DNA from: a virus
IMG/VR virus record: IMGVR_UViG_3300035703_000082
Span: 496-64,495 of that record
Length of the DNA stretch: 64,000 bases
Reading direction: 5' to 3' (one strand)
This document shows, piece by piece, positions 10,003 through 20,000 of the stretch; position 1 is the stretch's first letter, and every line of letters begins with the position of its first letter. Below the pieces are notes generated by a model. It worked only from the letters and a program-made list of their open reading frames with translations, was not told where the DNA came from and made no database searches. Made by a program: the position numbers and the translations under genes.

Positions 10003-11352
10003 TCAAGTCAAGTCCCAGAAGGACAGCGAACCGATGGCGCTGTGCGTGCCGCTGAGCGCCCTGGCGGCGATGGTGTAAATGTCGCTTGTACCGCCGATAG
10101 TTGCGCCGAGCTGCAAGTCCCAGTTGTAGTCTGAACCACCGCTAGACTGTCCCTGAGAGAGCGTGGACGACAGCACATACGTGGACTCAATGATCGTCCC
10201 GCCAGTCAGCGCCGTGGCAGAGATGTCTCGCTCGACGTTGGTGGAGTCCGTAGCCCCCCAAGATGCACCGGTCAGAGTGGCGTTCTTGATCAGCACTATC
10301 TCGAAGGTCGTAGGCGATGTTGCCGTGGGTAGCACGTTGTAGCCGTCCGGGATGACAATAGCCCCGGTGCGGCCTGAAGCAAGACGAATCGAGACCAGCG
10401 GAACGAAGCTCGTGCTGATACTGCTGTTCACCGCCGTCATCCGCGCTACAAACGGCGCGACCTTTTTCTCGTACCCACCCTCGGAGATCACCGTCGAGCA
10501 GATCTGCTTGAGGATCGCCCCGGTACTAGCGCCCGTGTTCGTGATCTCATAACGCACCGGCAGCATCGCCGTCGTCATGTACACGCTTGTCAGGTTGTTC
10601 GCATTATTGAATGTGTGGCAAATGATGGTCTGTCCATCAATGACGAACCCAGCGCGTACCGAGCCGACCCCAAGCCACTCAAAATCCTGCCAGAATATCT
10701 GTGCCTTGGTCAGGTCGAGAGTGAAGCCAGAGTCCCCAGTGCCGTTGAGCTTGTCGCCGTTCCAATCTGCCTGTGCCACACGGGTATCCACCGCTGAGCC
10801 CGTCACGTAGGTGCGCCTAACGATGTAAACAGCGGTGCCGTCGCGTTCCAAGAACACGCCATTCTCGGTGTTGAAGTAGCCGATGCGGATACGCTGGTTG
10901 GCGTTGGCCGTAGGCATCACGAACGTGTTCAGCACCAGCAAGCTCTTGCCCGGCTGATAGCTGAACGAACGGTAAGTCTGGCGAACTACCTCGGAGCCGC
11001 TTGACGCCGTCACCTCCAAGTTCACCGTGCTGGCGTTGGCAACGTACGACACCGATCCGCCTGTAGCGGTGGTTTCACTGAACAGGTCGTTCTTCTCGTA
11101 CCTATTCTGGCTGTCGAACAGGGTATAGGGTTGGCTGAACCGCGCCCGACCGAAGGCGTCCAGGGCCGTGCCGTAGAAGTTCACATTGACCGGCGCTGCA
11201 TCCACAATTTGCCCCAGAAGACTGTCAAGTTGGTTGAAGTAGAGCCGCAGGACGCTGATGAACTGGTTGAAGTAGTTCGGGTCGTAGACAGGCGTGGGCA
11301 ACGGCAGCGCCGGTGCCTTGAAGCGCTTGATGACATTGGCCCAGATACTCAC
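10003..11352 (-). CDS. Virion structural protein (tail-associated; beta-rich C-terminal domain)
   Basis: 449 aa; N-terminal APALP..P..YD..YFNQ...LRLYFNQLD segment followed by a T/S/V beta-rich region. Confidence 0.55.
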   Translation of the reverse strand: MSIWANVIKRFKAPALPLPTPVYDPNYFNQFISVLRLYFNQLDSLLGQIVDAAPVNVNFYGTALDAFGRARFSQPYTLFDSQNRYEKNDLFSETTATGGSVSYVANASTVNLEVTASSGSEVVRQTYRSFSYQPGKSLLVLNTFVMPTANANQRIRIGYFNTENGVFLERDGTAVYIVRRTYVTGSAVDTRVAQADWNGDKLNGTGDSGFTLDLTKAQIFWQDFEWLGVGSVRAGFVIDGQTIICHTFNNANNLTSVYMTTAMLPVRYEITNTGASTGAILKQICSTVISEGGYEKKVAPFVARMTAVNSSISTSFVPLVSIRLASGRTGAIVIPDGYNVLPTATSPTTFEIVLIKNATLTGASWGATDSTNVERDISATALTGGTIIESTYVLSSTLSQGQSSGGSDYNWDLQLGATIGGTSDIYTIAARALSGTHSAIGSLSFWDLT

Positions 11353-13241
11353 GACTTACGCCCGTCCGGCCTGATGTCGATGCGCGGCACACCAAGCTGC
11401 CACTGCACGCCCTGTCCCGTAGACCCCACCTTGATCGCCATCTGGCGTGCCCGGATGCGGATGTTGACCTGCTCGGTGAAGCGCTCGACCGTGGTCGTCG
11501 CCACCCGCGCCACAGGGAAGGCGTTGCTCCCTGCAACTGACATGTTGGACGTATCCGTAGCCACCGGGTCCACGCCCCGCGTGTAGCCCGAGCCGGAGTT
11601 CTGCAGCGTGAGGAGAGACAGCTCGACGCTGGGCTGGGCAGGGAGTGCCGTCGTTGAGCCGTTGAACGTGATGTCCGGAATCACGCGCCAGACAAACCCG
11701 AAGTTGTGCCCGTCGTCGATGTCAAACTCAGCCGAAGTGATGTAGGACTCGAAGCCTACCGCCGAGGGGCCGGAACCGTCATCACACCCAGTCTCTTGCA
11801 GCAACAAACGGCTGTTGTAGTCGGCTGCAATGGGCACATCCTCAACCACGCTTGCATCGACCCAAGCAGTGCGAGCCATCGTGCCGTAGTACCAGATCTT
11901 CTCGGCGTAGTTGTAGACAACGTACTTGTCAACAGAAGTGGAGCCTGCGGAGCAGTAGAACCACCAGACCTCACTGAACTGCTCCACGGTAGAGGCGAAG
12001 ACTTGCAGCGGCTGGTCGTAGTTGAAGTCGTTGAAGATGTACTGACGAATGTCGCAGTTGAGCGTCTGAACCCGCCCGTCGAACAGATAGAACTTCTCGT
12101 AGCCCATCCAGTAGGTGACGCCTGCGGCGGTTGCCCAGGCGCGGTCACTGACAATTGAGACGTTGTCCGCAAGGATCTGCGAGCCCCAGACGATGGGCGG
12201 GCCGAGGTACTGCAGGGAGTACAGCGAGGTGTCCGTCCAGACCAGAATCTCTTGCCGCACCTGGGCAACCGCCTCGATGGCGGAGCCGTGAGACAGGCGC
12301 AGGCTACCCGCTTGTGTGGTCGCTGCAGGGGTCCAGTTGGCGGCGGTCTCTTGATCCGACCAGCGGATCAGCATGGGGTCCAGATTGGTTGAGCCGTAGT
12401 CGGTGGTACCGAAAGCCAGGACGAAGCGCGAAGCGTCGGAAACGACGATGTAGTTCGACTTGCTGGGCGTGTCGCTTGCACCCGTGAGCGTCGAGATATT
12501 GACCGCCCGCGTGCCGGAGCCGATGGTCGCCGCGTCCCAGTAGTAGATGCCGCCGCCCTTGGGGTTGATCAGCAAATCGTTGCCGAAGTTGTACGCGGTC
12601 CAGAGGCCGAAGTCCAAGGGGACGAAGGGCGTCGAGCTGCCACCCCACACACCGGAGCCCCAGCCACCGGAGCCCCAGCCCGTACCCGACGCGGGTGGGT
12701 ACTGGATGACCGACCCGACGTTGACCTGATAGGCAGCAGACACCGCTGCCCCACCGCCCGAACCCGCAGGCACCGTCGTGCTGTACGTGATGGTGTAGTT
12801 ATCGACGTCGATAACCGTGACTTGATACTCGCCGGAGATGGTGACCCCGGAGAATGCCGTCGCACCACTGAAGGTGACGAAGTCGCCTGTGAGCGCACCA
12901 TGCGCCGGGTCGTAGACGTTGATCGTCGTTGTGCCGTTGGCAGTGAACGGGTTGTTAGGCAGCGTCCTCGTGGTGCGCAGCGGCGTGATGTCGTAGTACC
13001 CACCGTACTGGATGTAGTACTTGAGGTGCGTGCCGACACCGACGAACTGTGTCCAAGGCCAAAGAGAGCGGCAAACACCAAGAAACTGGTCATTGAGCAG
13101 CCGCGCCCACCCGCCGATCTTCTCAGGCTGCCCCGAGCGGAAACGGACTTTGTCGCAGAAGTACCACCCACGGTCTTCTGAAGCGTAGCGGGTGTTCTCA
13201 CGGAACACCCCCGGGCGGATGCGTACAGCTTTCAGCGGCAT
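11349..13241 (-). CDS. Tail hub/nozzle protein (P22 gp10-like DNA stabilisation protein)
   Basis: 630 aa, W/Y/G-rich beta-propeller-like; IRWSDQE...W motif; position in a podovirus tail module. Confidence 0.7.
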   Translation of the reverse strand: MPLKAVRIRPGVFRENTRYASEDRGWYFCDKVRFRSGQPEKIGGWARLLNDQFLGVCRSLWPWTQFVGVGTHLKYYIQYGGYYDITPLRTTRTLPNNPFTANGTTTINVYDPAHGALTGDFVTFSGATAFSGVTISGEYQVTVIDVDNYTITYSTTVPAGSGGGAAVSAAYQVNVGSVIQYPPASGTGWGSGGWGSGVWGGSSTPFVPLDFGLWTAYNFGNDLLINPKGGGIYYWDAATIGSGTRAVNISTLTGASDTPSKSNYIVVSDASRFVLAFGTTDYGSTNLDPMLIRWSDQETAANWTPAATTQAGSLRLSHGSAIEAVAQVRQEILVWTDTSLYSLQYLGPPIVWGSQILADNVSIVSDRAWATAAGVTYWMGYEKFYLFDGRVQTLNCDIRQYIFNDFNYDQPLQVFASTVEQFSEVWWFYCSAGSTSVDKYVVYNYAEKIWYYGTMARTAWVDASVVEDVPIAADYNSRLLLQETGCDDGSGPSAVGFESYITSAEFDIDDGHNFGFVWRVIPDITFNGSTTALPAQPSVELSLLTLQNSGSGYTRGVDPVATDTSNMSVAGSNAFPVARVATTTVERFTEQVNIRIRARQMAIKVGSTGQGVQWQLGVPRIDIRPDGRKS

Positions 13242-13245
13242 GGTG

Positions 13246-13647
13246 TTACTTCGTCACGCCTTTAGCTTTCTCGTAAGTGCGGAGTCCACCGATGCCTAGC
13301 ATCCCGGACACAACCACCCACAAGAATTCAGTGTCGATGTCAGGCGGCACCGGCCAGCCCTTGATAGTTGCCCACCAAGTCAGTAGCGGTTTGATGATGC
13401 CGACATAAGCAAATGCAGTACCGCCAACCCAGCCGAAGTAAGGACGCCAGCCAGCAACCCAGGTGCTGGGATGCGTAGCCTCTCGGGCGTTGATCTCCAG
13501 TTGAGCGATGACCTGCTTGAGTTCGCCGTCCATCGCCTGCTTGAGGAACTCAGCCTCCGCTTCGCGGCGCTTTTCGGGGTCCGGGACAAAGCGGTCGAGC
13601 AGCGTCTTGCCGACTTCGAGGATGGGGCCGAGGAAGAGCGGGTTCAT
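13246..13647 (-). CDS. Holin (3TM, GTA-type holin-like)
   Basis: Start MNPLFLGPILE at 13647; WRPYFGWVGG, hydrophobic helices, GMLGIGGLRTYEK.KGV C-terminus. Confidence 0.75.
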   Translation of the reverse strand: MNPLFLGPILEVGKTLLDRFVPDPEKRREAEAEFLKQAMDGELKQVIAQLEINAREATHPSTWVAGWRPYFGWVGGTAFAYVGIIKPLLTWWATIKGWPVPPDIDTEFLWVVVSGMLGIGGLRTYEKAKGVTK

Positions 13648-13925
13648 CAAAGACTCCTTGGTTCGCGGAACGCTCGCGCCGCAATTTGTGAGACATCGCC
13701 GTCCAGCCATGCGATCTGGACGATCTCACCGGCAAGCACCCAGCACCCGGAGATGCGAACCTTGCCTTCTTGGTACTGCGCCCACAAGGCGCGGCCTTGG
13801 CACGGGCCTGGAACGTCGTGAAGCTCGACCCGCATGTTGCCTTCCTGCACCTCCGCTACCAGCGTCGCTGTTGCACTGCCCGCAAGTCCGAGACCAAGAA
13901 CAAGCGCAGCGACGGTACGGAGCAT
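13647..13925 (-). CDS. Small exported protein in the lysis cassette
   Basis: 92 aa with a Sec-type signal peptide (MLRTVAALVLGLGLAGSATA) and two Cys; lies between lysozyme and holin. Confidence 0.55.
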   Translation of the reverse strand: MLRTVAALVLGLGLAGSATATLVAEVQEGNMRVELHDVPGPCQGRALWAQYQEGKVRISGCWVLAGEIVQIAWLDGDVSQIAARAFREPRSL

Positions 13926-13932
13926 GGCGGCC

Positions 13933-14409
13933 TCACATGGCTAGGATGTCTGCACAGCGGCGGATCCAGCCGCGACCGAAGGTGGGGAAGGTGTTGAGGT
14001 CACAGAGGAAGCGCAGACGTTGCGCGATGATACGCGCTCGAAGCACCTCTGGGTTGGCCTGATTGGCAGCGGCCAGGGTCCGGGGGCCGAGAACCCCGTC
14101 ATCAGCAACGCCCAGGGCCCGCTGGAGCCACAGGATGGACTGGCGCACCCCGGAGTTCACCGCAGCGTCGAAGACGGCGTAGCGCACAGCAGGGGGCAGC
14201 TCTTCAGCCCGCACCGGCTTCCAGTATTCTTCGAGGTAGATGCGCTTTGCAAGCTCAACGGGCAGGTCTTGCATCGCACCCTTGTAGCCCACTCTTCGCG
14301 CCACAGCCTCTGTGATGCCGAAATTGGTGGAACCCCCAGGATCGAGCGGGTGATGTACATAGCCACCTTCGTGCTTGATGACGACACTGAATGCGTTGTC
14401 GAAGTTCAT
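13933..14409 (-). CDS. Endolysin, glycoside hydrolase family 108 with peptidoglycan-binding domain
   Basis: HEGGYVHHPLDPGGSTNFGIT, FDAAVNSG, FGRGWIRR motifs. Confidence 0.9.
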   Translation of the reverse strand: MNFDNAFSVVIKHEGGYVHHPLDPGGSTNFGITEAVARRVGYKGAMQDLPVELAKRIYLEEYWKPVRAEELPPAVRYAVFDAAVNSGVRQSILWLQRALGVADDGVLGPRTLAAANQANPEVLRARIIAQRLRFLCDLNTFPTFGRGWIRRCADILAM

Positions 14410-14684
14410 GCTTTGCTTTCCGCAAACACGTTGACGAAGACCGTACCGTCTTCGAGTGCCTCAATCTCGTGCCATTCTCCCGCCAGCAAGTTCAACGGCG
14501 CTGAGTTTTTGTCGATGATGCGTTCGCCTTTTTCTTTGCGAACAACGCATCGGCCTGCGTGGCACATTGTGAGATGTGAGTACAGATGCTCATGACGCGG
14601 CAATCCCTCCCCTTTGTTGGCGCAATAGGTGTTGATCACCGCACCGTCGTAGGTTACAGAATGCCGTGGCGTCAGAAGCACCAT
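14406..14684 (-). CDS. Cupin-fold protein
   Basis: HEHLYSHLT...G and GEWHEIEALEDGTVFVNVF cupin motifs. Confidence 0.75.
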   Translation of the reverse strand: MVLLTPRHSVTYDGAVINTYCANKGEGLPRHEHLYSHLTMCHAGRCVVRKEKGERIIDKNSAPLNLLAGEWHEIEALEDGTVFVNVFAESKA

Positions 14685-14950
14685 CAGAAGTTCTCCGCGC
14701 CCGTCTGAGCAGGCTGTTCTTCAGGGCTTGGCGGAGCGGGGGGCTCCGGGGGTGGAATGTATGGCGCAATCGGGCCGTATACCCCTGCACAGCCTTTGTT
14801 CCAGAGTTCTTGAATGTGCGGGTATGGGTCGGTACCGTTGACGCCAACTGGCAACACTTCGTTGAACTCCGCGTACTTCACCGTGCAGCGAAACGCCGTT
14901 TGCTCTGCATCACACCACTCAAGATTGCTGACAGATTCGATGGTGAACAT
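14684..14950 (-). CDS. Tail fibre assembly chaperone-like protein
   Basis: 88 aa directly downstream of the fibre gene; DPYPH...G.YGPIAPY..P pattern. Confidence 0.6.
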   Translation of the reverse strand: MFTIESVSNLEWCDAEQTAFRCTVKYAEFNEVLPVGVNGTDPYPHIQELWNKGCAGVYGPIAPYIPPPEPPAPPSPEEQPAQTGAENF

Positions 14951-14957
14951 GTTGGTC

Positions 14958-17042
14958 TCACGAAATGCGGACGTAGAGCGCGGCGGCCCAATAATACGTT
15001 GTCACGCAAGCGGAGGTTATAGAAAAATAAGTGGAGCCGGTGCTTACTTTTCTCCACGTTCCGCTCAAAGATGTCCCGCCGCCATTGTATGTATTGGCGC
15101 CGTTACTTCTATTTGCGCCAAAAGAAGACCAAGTTGACCCTGTTCCTTGCGGCCCAGTGTTTGGCGTCCATCCGTACCGCAGATCACTGCCTGCAACCGT
15201 GGACCCAACTGCAACATCGGTATTTGTCGCAATGATTAGCACCGCGTAGCTGCCGATGTCGCCCAGTCCAGTCATGGACACCGCGCCGGTCAAGCCGTTG
15301 ACGCTGGTGACAGGCGCTGAGGCAGGCGCTTGGCTTACCCAAGTAGACCCGTTGGATGTCAGCACGTTGCCCGAGGTGCTGGGGGCCACCGCTTGAACGC
15401 CCGAGGTTCCGTTTCCCAGCAGGACGTTGTTGGCAGTCAGGGATGTTTGACCAGTGCCGCCGTTGGCAACAGGCAGCGTGCCAGTGACGTTGGAGCCCAG
15501 GTTGCAGAACGTCGTTGACGATGTGCCGGTGCCGCCGTTGGCAATCGCCAGAATGCCCGTGAAGCTGATGTTCGGCGTAGCACCGCCGCTAGATGCCAGC
15601 GGCGAAGACGCGGTAACGCTAAGGACACCGCTAGACGGCAGGGCTGCACTGGTCCATGTTGTACCGTTCGATGTCAGCACGTTGCCCGACGACCCGGGAG
15701 CCACCACCTGAACGGCTGAGGTGCCGTTACCGAGCAGGACGTTGTTGGCCGTCAGAGACGTTTGCCCTGTACCCCCATTGGCGACAGCAACCGTGCCTGT
15801 GACATTTCCGGCAGTTGTAGCGCTCGTTGCACTTGTAGCCGTTCCAGCGTTTCCTGAGATATTTATACCCCAAGTACCAGAAGCACCTGATCCACTACGA
15901 CTGGGAACATCTAAATTTGTTCTTGCAGTTCCGGCATCTGTGGCTCCTGTCCCGCCATTAGCAACCGCAACTACTCCGGTGACGTTTGCCGCAGTGCCAG
16001 TCGTGTTTTGATTAAGCGTCGGCACATCAGCCGCTTGAATAGCAGACATGACAACGTTAGATCCGTTGCCGCGCAGGTACTGGCCACTAGTCGTTGCGCC
16101 CGCTAATGCGTTTATAGCGGCCTGGGTAGTTGTTTGACCCGTCCCGCCATTAGCAACTGCCAAAACGCCGGTAAAGCTGATGTTTGGCGTCGTTCCACCA
16201 CTAGACGCTAGCGGAGACGACGCCGTTACGCTGGCAACACTAACAGGCAACGCAGTGCTCTGCCAAGTCGTCCCGTTCGATGTCAACACGTTGCCCGAAG
16301 TGCTGGGGGCCACCGCTTGAACGGCTGAGGTGCCGTTGCCGAGCAGGACGTTGTTCGCAGCCAGCGTGGCTGCGCCCGTGCCGCCATTCGCAACCGGCAG
16401 CGTGCCCGTCACCCCCGTGGTCAGAGGCAGCCCCGTAGCGTTGGTCAGCACCGCCGCAGACGGCGTACCCAGCGCAGGCGTCACCAACGTAGGCGAAGTA
16501 GCCAGGACGATGCCGCCCGTGCCCGTGACATTCTGCCCCAGCGCCGTGGCTACGCCCGTGCCAAAAGCGGTGATCCCTGTACCACCAGAAGCCACCGGCA
16601 GCGGAGCGCCGAGGGTCAGCGCGGCAACATGCGTGATCCCCTCAACAACGTCTGTACCCCCGTCGTTCATCTTCAACACCATCGAGGCGTTGACCGGGAC
16701 CACCACACCCGTCTGCCCAACGACCTTGACCGTCACCGCGCCATCGGAGCCGTTCCTGACGAAGAAGAGCTTGTTGACCGTGTTCGACCGCGCAGGGACT
16801 TGGATCTCGCGTGCGCCCCCGGGCGTGCCGAAGGCGTAGATGAACATGCTCCGGCCATCAGACACCGCGCCGTCAGACAGCGTCAGGACGAAGGGCCCCG
16901 CAGCCGTGACATCCACGCGCACCTGACCGGCTACCGCCTGATCGACCAGATCGGTGAGCCCGCTGTTGACCGTGGTGCCCCAGCCCGCGTCGCCCAGCCC
17001 CGGCTTCGTCAGCCGCAAGCCCGTGGTGTAGGTGTTTGCCAT
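14958..17042 (-). CDS. Tail fibre protein with internal repeats
   Basis: 694 aa, G/T/S-rich; repeated VANGGTG and NNVLLGNGTSAVQ.VAP..SGNVLTSNG.TW units. Confidence 0.8.
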   Translation of the reverse strand: MANTYTTGLRLTKPGLGDAGWGTTVNSGLTDLVDQAVAGQVRVDVTAAGPFVLTLSDGAVSDGRSMFIYAFGTPGGAREIQVPARSNTVNKLFFVRNGSDGAVTVKVVGQTGVVVPVNASMVLKMNDGGTDVVEGITHVAALTLGAPLPVASGGTGITAFGTGVATALGQNVTGTGGIVLATSPTLVTPALGTPSAAVLTNATGLPLTTGVTGTLPVANGGTGAATLAANNVLLGNGTSAVQAVAPSTSGNVLTSNGTTWQSTALPVSVASVTASSPLASSGGTTPNISFTGVLAVANGGTGQTTTQAAINALAGATTSGQYLRGNGSNVVMSAIQAADVPTLNQNTTGTAANVTGVVAVANGGTGATDAGTARTNLDVPSRSGSGASGTWGINISGNAGTATSATSATTAGNVTGTVAVANGGTGQTSLTANNVLLGNGTSAVQVVAPGSSGNVLTSNGTTWTSAALPSSGVLSVTASSPLASSGGATPNISFTGILAIANGGTGTSSTTFCNLGSNVTGTLPVANGGTGQTSLTANNVLLGNGTSGVQAVAPSTSGNVLTSNGSTWVSQAPASAPVTSVNGLTGAVSMTGLGDIGSYAVLIIATNTDVAVGSTVAGSDLRYGWTPNTGPQGTGSTWSSFGANRSNGANTYNGGGTSLSGTWRKVSTGSTYFSITSACVTTYYWAAALYVRIS

Positions 17043-17049
17043 GATGACC

Positions 17050-20000
17050 TCAAGTTTGGATCTCGGTCCAGCCAGGAGCCTGCGTGTCGTTGATCTGGAC
17101 CCAGCCCGGGGACTGAGCCGTTACCACATTCTGCCAGTTCGGATTCTGATTGTCATCTATTGGATTCCAGAGGTAGCCGCCAACAACCACATCCGTGATC
17201 GTGCCCCCGTCGCTGAGCGAGACGTTGAAGGTCGAGCCCGCAACAGCAGGCGCGTCCAGCGCCAGGACAAGTCCCTGCACCACCGGGTTGAACGTCGAGG
17301 CGGCAACCGCAGGAGAGTCCAGCCCTTGGGCGGTCTCGTTGACTGCGGAAACGAAGATGACGAGCGCGGAAGTGGCGTCAGCGCCTGCTGCAAGCTCTGC
17401 CACTGCCGTGGCGAACACCATCTTGGCGGCAAGCGCGTCCGAGCCCGTGGCCGTGTCCGAGAAGGACGCCGGGAACACCATCAGCGCCGCAGGAGCATCA
17501 GCACCTGTGGCCGTATCACTGAGCGCCGCGCCAAAGGTCGATGCAGCTACCGAGGGCAGATCGAAAAGGGTTGCCGTGTCAGACAGGCTTGAACCGAAGA
17601 CCGAACCCGCTGCATCTGGTGCGTCCGTGCTTACAACGGTATCCGAAACCTCGGCACTAAACGACGACGCAAGAACTACAACCGCGTCAGTGCCTGTTAC
17701 TGTATCCGTGAGGCTGGGGGTAAAGACCGACGCAGCGACAGCGAAGGCATCAGCACCTGTAGCTGATTCAGAAATAGCCGTTAGAACTACATATCCACCG
17801 GCAATCGCGTCGGATGCTACGGCGGTGTCGGCAAATGATGCTGTGAAGTCCACCAAGGCGGTGGGGGAATCCACAAGAGATGCCGCGTCAGAAAGAGCGA
17901 CGCTAAGACTCGCCGTAACGGTAAGTGTATCTTGTATACCAACAGTTTCAGCGGTTTGGGCGCCGAAAACAGACGCGACTACCGACGAAGCGTCCGCACC
18001 CGTAGCGGTGTCGGAGAGCGATACGACAAACACAAGGCCTGCGGAAATGGTGTCTGAACCAGTGGTGGTGTCAGAGAAAGATGCGCTAAGGGTAAGGGCA
18101 GCGCTGAAAGCGTCCGCGCCCGTGGCGGTGTCGGAGAACGAGACGTTGAACGTCGTGCCGCCTGCAGCCTGAAACAGCCAGCCCAGCGAGCCGTTGTTGG
18201 TCGAGTTGGCCCCGGCGTACCACGTGGTGTTCAGGTCGTAGGCGCGGATGCCGGTGATCGTCAGGTAGTCAGGCGTGGTCACCGTGCCCGAAGTCAGCAC
18301 CAGCGTCGCGGGGGAGGACGCAGACGTCCCCGTCAGCGTCAACACCCTACCAGATTCGCCAGCAGCAGTGAAGTTGCCAACCGTCTGCGTTGTGGTGCCG
18401 AAGTTGATGGTGGTGGCACCAGTGGCTTTGTAGGTGTTAGTGATGTTGGCGAAGGTGTTGTTGCTGCTGATGGTGAGCGTGCCTGCGCCGCCTTGGTTGA
18501 GGGTGATGCCGCTGTAGGAGACGCCACCACCTGCGAATGTCTTGGCAGATGCAGAGGTGAGGCTGATGGTGCCGGTGCCGGTGACGGTGAGGTTGGTGGA
18601 TGTGGCTGCGTTCCATGCTGTACCGGAACCAGCAAGCGTCCACGTACCTGACCCAACTGCAATAGTTCTAGTGTTTGAATTAGAAGAAGAAAGAGCGCCG
18701 GCAGACATCGTTACGCTATATGCGCCCGCATCAAATGTGCCCATTGTGAGCGTCAAAGACGTTGCGTTTGATGTAAACGCATCTTGTAATGTTAATGAGC
18801 CACTAGGGGAATTAACAGTGATGCCGCCCGTAAAAGTCTGACCAGCACTTGTAAGAGTTTGACTTGTTCTTCCAGAAAATGTCGTGTTAATATTGTTGGA
18901 TAAACTTACGCCTGTACCATTGATCCAATTACCGTAGATTGTTGGCTCTACTGAACGAGCCAACGTCATCGTATTCGTCGTCCTGGCCGACATGTCGATG
19001 GTGCCGATGTTGTAGGCAGCGTTGATGGTGACCGTGGCTCCGCTGTTCAGCCCTGTAGCTTCAAAGAAGCAGGTGTCTTGCGCGAGAGGGAAGTCGTTGA
19101 TGTTCGGCGTGCCGCCGCTTGACGTAGCCCATCCAATAGCACCACCCCAGTTGCCGCCAGCAGCAAGGTTCCAATACTTATTCGCCGCAGCCGTGAACGT
19201 GACGCCGCTGTTGCCCTTGCAGTCTCCGATGCGCGTGCCAGAGGCAGGGGCAGCAGCACCAGCGATGGTGATGTCTCTGAAGTCAACGTCAGTGAGGCTG
19301 ACAGCAGCACAGGTCAGTGTGCGTGTGGTGCCGATGGTGTCAGAGCGAACGAAGTGACGCATCGTGGCGTTGGTGCCTGCTGAGCAGGTGAAGGTGCCGG
19401 TGATGGTCTGGTTTGCTGTGACGCTGATGATCTTTAAACCAGCAGAGGTGATGCCGGTGAAGGACAGGTTGTTGAAGCTGTTGGCTCCGTTGATGGTGAC
19501 GGTGCCTGCGGATGTGCTGGTGAAGGCGACGTTGTAGAAGGTTTGGTTGTTGCCGGAAAAAGTAATACCAGAGGCGCTGATATTTAACTGAGAAGTTCCC
19601 GCATTAAAAGTAAAACTAGATCGACTGGTTTCTGTCGTATTAAAAGTAAAACCAGATGATAGGGTTATAGTTCCTGAGCTAAATTTAACATCTTTTGTTG
19701 TGTTAGCGGGGGTTGAACTTAGCGTTAATTCTCCAGCAGTCAGATTATAAGAAGAAAGATCGAGACCTCCTTCACGTATGATAAATTGACCTGTGCCGCT
19801 GTTCAACGCACTACCCAGCGCCCATTCACATCCAACGCCGTTCACCGTAATCGTTGAAGCTAACGTCACACCATTGGTCGTCAACGTCTTGCCCGACGTA
19901 GACCCTGACAGCGTGATAGCGCCTGTGTACGTCCTCGTCAGCCCCGTCGCAGGCAGCGTCACATTGCCGTGAATACCGTCAATAGCTGTACTGCCCGCCA

